A stretch of 59,258 nt of DNA, taken from the IMG/VR virus record IMGVR_UViG_3300044805_000178, positions 1 to 59,258 of that record. The stretch is one strand, 5' to 3'. The notes below the pieces were generated by a model, which was given only the letters and a program-made list of their open reading frames with translations, did no database searches and was not told the origin of the DNA. Every line of letters starts with the position of its first letter. The stretch's first letter is position 1. Below, piece after piece: positions 27,042-36,100 of this stretch. Origin of the DNA: a virus (lineage: Duplodnaviria > Caudoviricetes). Position numbers and translations under genes: made by a program.

Positions 27042-29225
27042 ATGCTCGCCAAAATCAAATTACAGCCGGGTATTAATCGAGACTCAACCAACTACGCAAA
27101 CAGCGGCGGTTGGTTTGATTCCGATTATATTCGCTTCAGAAACGGACTGCCCGAGAAGATTGGCGGCTGGACAAGGATCTATTCCAATCAGGAAGCCCTT
27201 ATCGGTGTGTGCCGAAAGATGTATGATTGGTCCAGCCTTATTGGCACTCAGTATCTTGCCTGCCCGACCAACGTCAAGTTTTATGTGGACAACACATCAG
27301 ACATCATTGATATCACCCCGCTTCGCCGCAGCTTGACACTGGGCAACAACCCAATCGCGACAACCAACACCTCAAATGCCATCACAATTACTGATGTTAA
27401 TCATGGGCTGGTGCTGGGAGACTACATCACAGTTTCGGGGTCTTCAAATGTGAATGGCATTCTTTCGACCTCCATCAATAAGGAGTTTCTTGTTTCGAAC
27501 GTGATTAACGCGGACGCTTATAGCGTAACAACAGCAAATACCGCCACATCCACCGGATCTGGTGGCGGCGCGAGTGTGGTTGTGCAGTATCAATTTCACC
27601 CCGGCATCGCTCAGACAGCCGTTTTTGAAGGCTGGGGCTCTGGCCCGTGGGGCGGCATATCTGGTTCCTATGGTTGGGGATTCGGCCCCGCAACAACCGT
27701 CACGACATACTACAGCGGCCTATGGACAGTGGACAACTATGGCGAGGACATGATCGCTTGTCCGCGCGACCTCACCAACGGCTATGTTCTCAGCACCAAT
27801 CCAATTTCCGTTACAAACACAAGCAACGTCATCACCGTTACGCAAGCCAACCATGCGTTCTCGAATGGCAACGCAATTATAATCGGGAATGTTACGAGTG
27901 ATATTGGAGGGATTCCAGTAATTCAGCTTAATGGCACCCAGACAATCACCGTTGTGAATGCCAACGCCTACAGCTTTGTTGTAGCGAACGTCAATGCCAC
28001 TTCAACTACCTCTGGTGGCACAGGCGCTTATGCGTTTACATCCTCCATCATTTACTGGGACATCACTGACGATGACGGCCCCGCAGTAAGTTTGAGCAAT
28101 CTTGGGTCTGCATATGCGAAGAAGTATCTCCCGTATGTGGCTGCTGAAGTTATGGTGTCGGACCAGAACCGACAGGTTATTGCATATGGGTGCAATCCAT
28201 ACGATGTGACGCAAGAACAAGACCCGATGATTGTGAGGTGGTCGGATTCTTCTGATCCCACAAACTGGGACATTGCCGACACCACCAAGACATCCGGTGA
28301 GCAGCGGCTTTCTTCGGGGTCTTATATCGTCACTGCAATCCAGAACCGCGAAGAAATCCTTATCTGGACCGATTCATCGCTCTACACGATGACTTATGTG
28401 GGGCCTCCGACAGGCTATGGATTCAATCTTGTTGGTACGAATTTCGATATTATTGGCCCGAACGCCAAGATCGTGACTGGTGCGGTTGCGTACTGGATGG
28501 GCACAAACAACTTCTACACCTACAATGGTAAGGTTGAGCCCATGCCCTGCACCGTCAGGGATTATGTTTTTCTTGATCTCAGCAAGGATGACGGCGACAA
28601 GGTTTATTGCTCAGCCGATTCCGGCAACAATGAGATCATCTGGTTCTACCCTTCTGAAAGCCAAGGCGGGACTCCCGGCTCCCGCGAAGTTGATCGCTAT
28701 GTTGTTTACAACTATGCGGAGGGCGCGTGGTATTATGGCTCTATGGCCAGAACTGCATGGATCGACAGACGCGCACATCCAACCCCGCGCTCTGCGAGCC
28801 CCGATGGATATCTCTACAACCAAGAAACTGGCTTTGATGACGGCTCCACAAGCCCCGCATCCCCAATCAATGCCTATATCGAATCAAGCCCGATTGAAAT
28901 CGAAGACGGCAACAGCTTCCTTTTTATCAATCGCGTGATTCCTGACCTCACATTCCGCAACTCCACCGACAACAACGGCACTCAGCCTATCGTGAAGTTT
29001 ACAATCAAGCCGCAGGATTATCCGGGTGGAGAGATTGGCGTTGGTGATGAGCGAGATGTGCAGAGGAATAGTGCCGCAACACTCAACGTGAATAGATTTA
29101 CCAACCAAGTGTTTACACGTTTGCGCGCTAGGTCTGTGGCTCTTCGTGTTGAGAGTGATGTTATTAATGTTTCTTGGCGTCTCGGGGTCCCAAGATTTGA
29201 TATGCGGCAGGATGGACGCAAATGA
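27042..29225 (+). CDS. Tail stabilisation/nozzle protein (P22 gp10-like) with inserted beta domains
   Basis: KLQPGINR, RFRNGLPEKIGGW, VRWSD, MPCTVRDYVF, WFYPS, WRLG. Confidence 0.78.
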   Translation: MLAKIKLQPGINRDSTNYANSGGWFDSDYIRFRNGLPEKIGGWTRIYSNQEALIGVCRKMYDWSSLIGTQYLACPTNVKFYVDNTSDIIDITPLRRSLTLGNNPIATTNTSNAITITDVNHGLVLGDYITVSGSSNVNGILSTSINKEFLVSNVINADAYSVTTANTATSTGSGGGASVVVQYQFHPGIAQTAVFEGWGSGPWGGISGSYGWGFGPATTVTTYYSGLWTVDNYGEDMIACPRDLTNGYVLSTNPISVTNTSNVITVTQANHAFSNGNAIIIGNVTSDIGGIPVIQLNGTQTITVVNANAYSFVVANVNATSTTSGGTGAYAFTSSIIYWDITDDDGPAVSLSNLGSAYAKKYLPYVAAEVMVSDQNRQVIAYGCNPYDVTQEQDPMIVRWSDSSDPTNWDIADTTKTSGEQRLSSGSYIVTAIQNREEILIWTDSSLYTMTYVGPPTGYGFNLVGTNFDIIGPNAKIVTGAVAYWMGTNNFYTYNGKVEPMPCTVRDYVFLDLSKDDGDKVYCSADSGNNEIIWFYPSESQGGTPGSREVDRYVVYNYAEGAWYYGSMARTAWIDRRAHPTPRSASPDGYLYNQETGFDDGSTSPASPINAYIESSPIEIEDGNSFLFINRVIPDLTFRNSTDNNGTQPIVKFTIKPQDYPGGEIGVGDERDVQRNSAATLNVNRFTNQVFTRLRARSVALRVESDVINVSWRLGVPRFDMRQDGRK

Positions 29226-29479
29226 CATCAAACTCTGCACTACCGCTTGCTCCAAAAGAATACAACCAAGAATACATGAACAGGTTGCTCAAGCAGCTTA
29301 GTTTTGTTATTTCAAGAATTAACGCCATCCGTCCCTTAACCGTTGGTTCAGACTTGAGCCAGCAAACGGTTGGCTACCCCATTTCGGGCCTCACAATTGT
29401 GAATGTCCCGACTTCTTCCGCAAACCTACCTTCCGGCAGTGTGTGGTCCGATAGCGGCACACTCAAGATTGTGAGCTAA
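29222..29479 (+). CDS. Small tail protein
   Basis: LPLAPKEY; ends WSDSGTLKIVS. Confidence 0.65.
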   Translation: MTSNSALPLAPKEYNQEYMNRLLKQLSFVISRINAIRPLTVGSDLSQQTVGYPISGLTIVNVPTSSANLPSGSVWSDSGTLKIVS

Positions 29480-29480
29480 A

Positions 29481-30530
29481 ATGTATTTCAACAACATCCC
29501 TCAGAACTTCGGTCTTGCTCCCGAACAGGACCTCAATCAACTTATGCAAACGCCTGTTCTGGGCTATAATCAAGGGATTGGAGGTATCCAGTCTCAGCAA
29601 AGAAACGAATACCAGCCAGCCCCGCAGCTTGGGAATGTCAGCGGCACATCCTCCACAACTGGCATTGGCGGTAAATCAATCACACCCTTGATGCCCTATA
29701 GCAAGAAGGGTCCGGGCCAGACGATGGCGGAGGGCGGTGGTGTTAAACGCACTGAGCCGGGGTATCTCGACTACCTCGCCACAGCAGCCCGCAACGCCGC
29801 AGACAAGGCTTCCTTCGGCACTGCTAAGTATGGGATTGCTGCTGGTGATTATAGCTATGACGCTCTCATGGACATGATGGGCTATGAAAGCGAAGCCGAT
29901 TATTATCGCTCCCTTGCCGAGCAAGAATATGCCATGAAGGAAGGCGAGGAGAAGATGCCGGAAGCCGCTATGGCTGGGGATGTTATCGGTTATGCAGCCC
30001 CGTATCTCGCTGTTGGCCCCGCTCAGTCTGCCCTTTCTGGCCTTGGCTACTTAAGCGATTACGGCTCAAAGGCCGCTTCTCTTGCTCAGCTTGCACGCCG
30101 CAGCATGGGTTATGCCGCAGGCGGGATTGTGAAGCAGAACCTCGCAAAGGGCGGTGTGGTTGCTGATGGTATAGCAGCACTTCGGGGTCAGCATCCTGAC
30201 CCTAGGTCAGCCCTTGACGCCTACGACAGAACATTCGGCACTGACGCCACAGCAGAACTTATGCGCTCCTACGCCGATGGCGGTGTGGTGAGTGGTCCGG
30301 GCAGTGGAGTAGCAGACCTAATCCCCGGCTCTATTGATGGCCGTGAGGATGTGAGGATTGCAAGCGGTGAGTATGTTGTTCCGGCTTGGGCTGTCGCCAC
30401 ACTTGGCGATGGCTCCACAGAGGCTGGCGCTAGAGTGCTTGACACAATGGTGGCCCGCCTTCGCGAGGAAGGCTCCGAGCGCATTATGGGCACCGAACCA
30501 ATTGAACCCAACGAATTTGTTCCGGCATAA
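29481..30530 (+). CDS. Putative ejection/internal protein
   Basis: Four xxxGG motifs; GPGSGVADLIP..ASGEYVVPA..LGDGSTEAGA. Confidence 0.7.
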   Translation: MYFNNIPQNFGLAPEQDLNQLMQTPVLGYNQGIGGIQSQQRNEYQPAPQLGNVSGTSSTTGIGGKSITPLMPYSKKGPGQTMAEGGGVKRTEPGYLDYLATAARNAADKASFGTAKYGIAAGDYSYDALMDMMGYESEADYYRSLAEQEYAMKEGEEKMPEAAMAGDVIGYAAPYLAVGPAQSALSGLGYLSDYGSKAASLAQLARRSMGYAAGGIVKQNLAKGGVVADGIAALRGQHPDPRSALDAYDRTFGTDATAELMRSYADGGVVSGPGSGVADLIPGSIDGREDVRIASGEYVVPAWAVATLGDGSTEAGARVLDTMVARLREEGSERIMGTEPIEPNEFVPA

Positions 30531-30532
30531 AA

Positions 30533-31702
30533 ATGGCAGAGAAAAAGACAGGCTACGGTAAAGATCTTGAGGCGTATGTTCAGGATATGCTTGCGCGGGC
30601 GAAAGCTGGCGCAACAGCGGCACAGACTGCCGGGTATCCTGCTGAATCCTCCTACACACAGGCATATTACGCCGGAATCCCCAACCTCTATATGTATGGC
30701 GATCCCGAGCAGCTTGAGGCTCTCCAGAGGACGCAAGGCCTCTACGGGGCTTATGGTGATGCTGGCCAATACAACAAGACTCGCTTTGATGATATTGGAG
30801 GCATGTACACGGCGGCGGGCCAATACGACCCCGCACAGTTTGACATGGCCGACTACACGGCCCAAAACATCCAGCAGAGGATGTCTCCCTATGAGGAGCT
30901 TGTTGCCGACAGACAGCGTTCGCGTTTAAAGAAATCCTATGACGAAGCCCGTGGAGAGCGTGAGGCTCAGGCCGTAAGGGCTGGTGCTTTTGGTGGCTCT
31001 GGTCAGGCGATTCAGGAAGAACTCGCCCGCAGGGGTTATCTTGAGCAGATGGCAGATATGGACGCTCAGAGCCTTCAGGCGGCGTTTGAGTCTGGCTCCG
31101 GGCTGTATAGCAAGGAGATTGCTGATCGTCTTGCGGCCCAGCAGGCTGGTGAAGCCTCGCGTCAATTTGGCAAGCAGACGGAGTTCTCTGGGCTTGAGGG
31201 ATTAATGGGTGCCCGCCAGCAGGAGGCAGCACAGACTGCGGCTGCGAAGGAAGCAGAATTCGCGGGTCTTGCTGGTCAGACTGGTAGTGCTCAACAGCAG
31301 GCTCTCCTCGCTGAACAGCGCAAACAGATGCAGCTTTCAAACCTTGCAGCGCAACAGACTGCGGGACAGCAGAAGGAGGAGAGGAGGCTTGCCGAACTCC
31401 AGTATCCTCTCGGCCTCGCCGCTCTTCAAGGGAATGTTGTTGGCTCATTAACTGGCGGGTCCAGCGCAATCCCGCAGTCTGTCCAAAAAACATCAACCAC
31501 GCAAAACATCCTTGGCGGTCTCGCTGCTGGTGCTGGCATTGTGCAGGGTCTCGGCGGTTTGAGCGGTATTTCTTCGGGTATCCAGTCTATAGGTGGGGCC
31601 CTTGGTTTTGCCAATGGTGGTCTTGTCCCGTATGGTTATCGCTATCGTGGCGGCGGGCTTGCAGATTTTGAGCCCCAGTACTACGACATGTATGAACGGT
31701 AA
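30533..31702 (+). CDS. Putative DNA-ejection (pilot) protein
   Basis: Gln/Ala-rich helical; AGAFGGS; Gly-rich hydrophobic C-terminus. Confidence 0.7.
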   Translation: MAEKKTGYGKDLEAYVQDMLARAKAGATAAQTAGYPAESSYTQAYYAGIPNLYMYGDPEQLEALQRTQGLYGAYGDAGQYNKTRFDDIGGMYTAAGQYDPAQFDMADYTAQNIQQRMSPYEELVADRQRSRLKKSYDEARGEREAQAVRAGAFGGSGQAIQEELARRGYLEQMADMDAQSLQAAFESGSGLYSKEIADRLAAQQAGEASRQFGKQTEFSGLEGLMGARQQEAAQTAAAKEAEFAGLAGQTGSAQQQALLAEQRKQMQLSNLAAQQTAGQQKEERRLAELQYPLGLAALQGNVVGSLTGGSSAIPQSVQKTSTTQNILGGLAAGAGIVQGLGGLSGISSGIQSIGGALGFANGGLVPYGYRYRGGGLADFEPQYYDMYER

Positions 31703-31767
31703 TCCCGAGCGGGAAATTTTCAAGCCCCGCATCTGTTTTCAGAATAAAATAATCCCGAGCGGTAAAA

Positions 31768-33159
31768 ATGCCCAATATCATTGAACAGCAAGATCTTCTT
31801 AAGGGCCTTCCCGATGCAAGGCTCATGACGCTTCTACAGAAGCCTATGGGAGACATCCCGCCGTTTCTTGTGGCGGCAGAGGCTCAGAGGCGTCAGCAGA
31901 TCCGTCAGCAGTTCGCGGGGTCCGGAAGCAAAGAATCAGTGGTTGATACCCTGACAAAGCAGCTTGCGAATGTGCCGCAGAATGTGAATGCCCCCGCTCG
32001 CACTCCTCCTATGATCCCCCAAACACCTCCGATGCAGGGTGTTATGGCACTCCAGCAACAGCAGGAAATGGCAGACATGGCTCAGCAGGGCCAGACCATG
32101 CGCGGCGGCGGTATGGTGCAGAGGTATCAGTCTCAGGGCCTAGTGCAGAGGATGGGTGAGCTTTACGGGTCAAGGAGCCCTACCGTTCAGCAGCTTTCGA
32201 GCATGACGCCAGAAGAACTCGCCGCTCTTCGAAAGTACCAGAGCGATCAAAATATGAAACGTTTAAATGAGCAAGCCCAGATTACCGGAGGCAGATACGG
32301 TCAGGGCATGGCTTACCAGCGAGAGCTTTTGGAGAATCGTATCTTGGGGCCGTTCGCTGGCTTTGCTTCACCTGAGAGCGCAGTTGAGGCGGCAAAGAGG
32401 CTTCAGGATCTTCCCACCGGGGAACAGATGGACCGGACGCTCGATACTGGCGAGCCTCTCCCAAGCACAGCGAATAATCGTATTTTCCCAACCATCCCCG
32501 CCGGAGCTTCAGGTGGCATGAGCCTCACCACTCCGCCAAAGGCACCTGCACCTCCAGCAGAAACTCCGCCTCCGGAACCCGGCGAAACCCCCGACGAATA
32601 TCGCGCCCGCCTTGAGAAAATTCTTGCCGCTCAAGAACCCTCCGATTGGGAGAAGGCTCAGGGGTACTTTTCTATGGCGGAGCAGTTCCTCGATCCGTCA
32701 AAAACTACAATGCAGAGCCTTGTTGGCGCAGGTCAGGCGTTCTCGCAGTCTGCGGGAGAGCAGGCCAGAGCACAGCGTGAAGCAAAGCTTGCTCTTGAGA
32801 AGGGCTTGCTTGAGTATGATATTGGAAAGGCTGAAGATCTCAGGCAGGAAAAGGAGCGAGAGCAGGAGAGGGGCGCAGCCAGTCTCAAGGCTCGCACAGA
32901 TATTGCGACTCGCAGGCTTGATGATCTACAGAGAAGCCAGCAGAATGTTTCTCGGCGCATTGATGATATTAAGCTTGAAGTTATGAAGGGTCTTGACCCA
33001 GAAATCGCAAAAGAAGAAATTTCAAAGCTTCAAAGAATGTACGACAGCATTGGTGCTGAAATGGCAGGTTATAATTCCTTCCTGAAATCCAATTATGGAT
33101 TCGGGCCTGTCGAAGAATTCGATCCAAACAAAAGCTCACTTTACAAACCGGGAACTTAA
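31768..33159 (+). CDS. Putative ejection protein
   Basis: Position; coiled-coil; MRGGG motif. Confidence 0.65.
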   Translation: MPNIIEQQDLLKGLPDARLMTLLQKPMGDIPPFLVAAEAQRRQQIRQQFAGSGSKESVVDTLTKQLANVPQNVNAPARTPPMIPQTPPMQGVMALQQQQEMADMAQQGQTMRGGGMVQRYQSQGLVQRMGELYGSRSPTVQQLSSMTPEELAALRKYQSDQNMKRLNEQAQITGGRYGQGMAYQRELLENRILGPFAGFASPESAVEAAKRLQDLPTGEQMDRTLDTGEPLPSTANNRIFPTIPAGASGGMSLTTPPKAPAPPAETPPPEPGETPDEYRARLEKILAAQEPSDWEKAQGYFSMAEQFLDPSKTTMQSLVGAGQAFSQSAGEQARAQREAKLALEKGLLEYDIGKAEDLRQEKEREQERGAASLKARTDIATRRLDDLQRSQQNVSRRIDDIKLEVMKGLDPEIAKEEISKLQRMYDSIGAEMAGYNSFLKSNYGFGPVEEFDPNKSSLYKPGT

Positions 33160-36100
33160 TGGCTCGCACAGTTTATGTTCGCGGAGTTGGGAAATCGTAC
33201 AGCTTCCCTGACGGAACGTCAGATGACCAAGTTGTATCTTATCTCAGCAGACTTCATCCGCCCGCACCACCTCCAGCCCCTCCTCCAGAGGAGCCTATTG
33301 GCGCTTTGGAATCTGGCTTCTATAGCTCTCTTGGCAAACTTGAAGCGGCTGGTGGCAAGGCTGCAGAGGCTGTAGGCCTTGAGGGGATTTCGGGTTACCT
33401 CCTTGAGGAGTCCCGGAAAAGCCAAGAGTATGCCGATAAGTATAAGCCCTCTGTGGGTGATGTCACTCAGATTGGTGGAATTGGCGACCTTGCCTCTTTC
33501 ACAGGCGAAACCATTGCTCAGTCGGCACCCGAAACAGCAGTTGGTGTTGGTGGTGCTTATGTAGGCGCTTCAATTGGCGCATTTGGTGGCCCCGCTGGTG
33601 CCTTGGCTGGTGGCCTCATAGGTGGTGCCATAGCATCATTGCCATTCTTTGTTGGTGGAAATTTGCAGCGCCAAGCGGAGGAACAGGGCATCCCGCTTGA
33701 AGAAATAGACCTCACCGCAGCGAGTGTTGGAGCTATCGCTCAGGCACCTCTTGATGCTGCATTTGAGACGCTTATAGCCCGGAAGCTCCCCGGTGGCGGG
33801 GCCGCTCTTGATATTGTAAGGAAGGGCTTCTTTAAAGAGGTTGCGAAATCTGCTGGTCAAGGTGCCCTCACAGAGGCCCTCACAGAGCCTGCACAACAGG
33901 CAATTGAACTTGCTCAGGCAAACCCCGAAAAGCTTCGTGAGTTTGGCCCTGAAGTGCAGCAAGAAATCCTTAATGCTGCGGCTGCGGGTGCTTTGGCTGG
34001 TGGTGCTATCAGCGGCGTTGCTGGGGGCGTTGGTGCAATTGGAAAGCCCACAGAGCAGTCTTTGGCTCAGACGGAACTCAGGACCGACATTACGGCGAAG
34101 CGCCTTGAGGGCGACCAGTTGAAGCGTGCCGCAGAGGTCAATATGGGTGTTGAGAAGCTTGCTGCTCAGCCCCAGATTGGCAGGCTTAAGCTTGACCAGA
34201 TCACCATTGAGCCCACAAAAGAGAACGGGCTTCGTGCCCCGGTTAAGCGGTTTAGGGTCGCAGACTATAAAGGCAATGCCATCGCAGAGTTCAGCGATCC
34301 AGTACTCGCAACGAACGCTGTTGACCAGTACAAGAAGCTATCCAAGAAGAACATCATCCTTCAGGGTCTCCCGACTGGCGCTGAAATCCCAACTGCAAAA
34401 ATCTCTGCGGCTGCGGCCCCTGAAGCGAAGGTAACGCCTCCGCAGGTCACACAGCCTGCTGAAGTCCCTCCAGTTGCCACCCCAAAGGTTGAGCCGACAG
34501 GCGAGGGCATGCGCCCCGTAAAGACGTTCAAAACGACATTTGGGTCTGAATACACCATTTATCCTGACGGCGGGACTACGCGCGTCAAGACACCGCATCC
34601 GGGGCATCCCGTCACAGACGTAGGCTTAAAGCCAAAGTCCCAAAAAACTTATTTCATAAGGCCAGAAGACCACCAGATCCTTGACATTGTTCAGGCTGAA
34701 AATCCTCTTGGCAGTATGATTATTGCGGAATATTCACCGGGGAAAATTGGTGTAAAGTATACCGATGGTAAGTATGCTGGCAAGTTCCTCAAGGATAGCG
34801 TTGTAAACACATTCGAGTCTCCAGAAATCGGTCTCATGCCTCTTGAGATCTGGAAGGGAGGCAAAAGGACTCACTTTGGCAACAAAATCACAGAGATTTC
34901 CGAAGTCCCGATTGTTGAGCCCGTTGCTGAGCCTGTAACTTCTGAACCTACCCCTTCTGAGCCAACCGTAGTAACGGCAGAAGAGCTTTCCACAGACGCA
35001 ACTCCAATTGGATCAGTTGAGCCTGCCCCAGTTGAAGCGGTCGAAAGCGTGCCTGCGGCTGATATCCCCGGCACAGACCTTCGCAGCGCGATTGCTACGG
35101 GCAAGGAGGCAATGACTGTCTCTCCTGAAGAGCAGATTGAGGTTCGCCAGAAGATTGAAGAGCGCACCAATAAGATTGCTGAAGAGGTGCGTACTTCACT
35201 TGGCCGCTATGGCCTCAAGGATGTGCAGGCAAAGTTTGTTCCTGCTTTTGTCGATGGGATGAAAGTCAGGCCGCAGCTTGGTGCCGCAGGAATGAGTGGC
35301 GACAAGGCTTTCATCAAGCTTGCGGTTGGTATCTTTGACCCCGACATGCCAATTGAGCAAATGGTTGACCGTGTTATAGACACCCTTAACCATGAGACAA
35401 TCCATTCCCTTCTTGACCTTGGTCTTATACGCCCTGTGGAGATGAAAGCCCTTCTTGAGGCTGCATCCCGGACGAAGATGAAGGGCAAGAAATACACATA
35501 CCTTGACTACGTTAAGACCATCTACGACCCAAAGAAGCCCGGAATGGAGCTTTACAAAGACCCTAATGCTGTTGCAGAAGAGTCTGTTGCAGAGATGTTC
35601 CGTGAGTGGCGCAAGGGTTATGCTGGAGTGCCAACGAATTCTCGGGGTTTGATCAACAGGATTGTTGAAACGCTGCGGCGCATTTTCGGCGCGATGAAGC
35701 GCCAGAGCTACGAGTCAATCTTTGAAGACATCGCTGCTGGTAGGGTTGGGAAGCGTCAAAGGGATATCAAGAGGGCGAAGGATTCTCGCTTTTTGGCGGG
35801 AGAATCTGAGCCACAAGAGAAGAAGAACTTCATTCCTGAAAACCCGTATCTCTCCGTTGCCCCTGTTTATCCCTTTGGGCAGCGCGTTCGGCAGTCAAAT
35901 GCTCAAACCACAAACCGCGTATTGGATGAGATTGAATACGGCACAATCGTTACGGGAATCTCAAAACTATTTAAGTCTAGGATTCTCTCCACAGTTGTGC
36001 CAGAGAGGTTCAGACCCTCTGATGAGGCAGTAACTCGCTTCATCCAGCTTTTTGGTGATAGGATCTTGCCTGTTGGCCAGATGATTGACTATGTCCGTGC

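Noticed and set aside
30318-31496. 392-aa minus-strand ORF
   Set aside because: Antisense to the ejection gene; no SD or domain features
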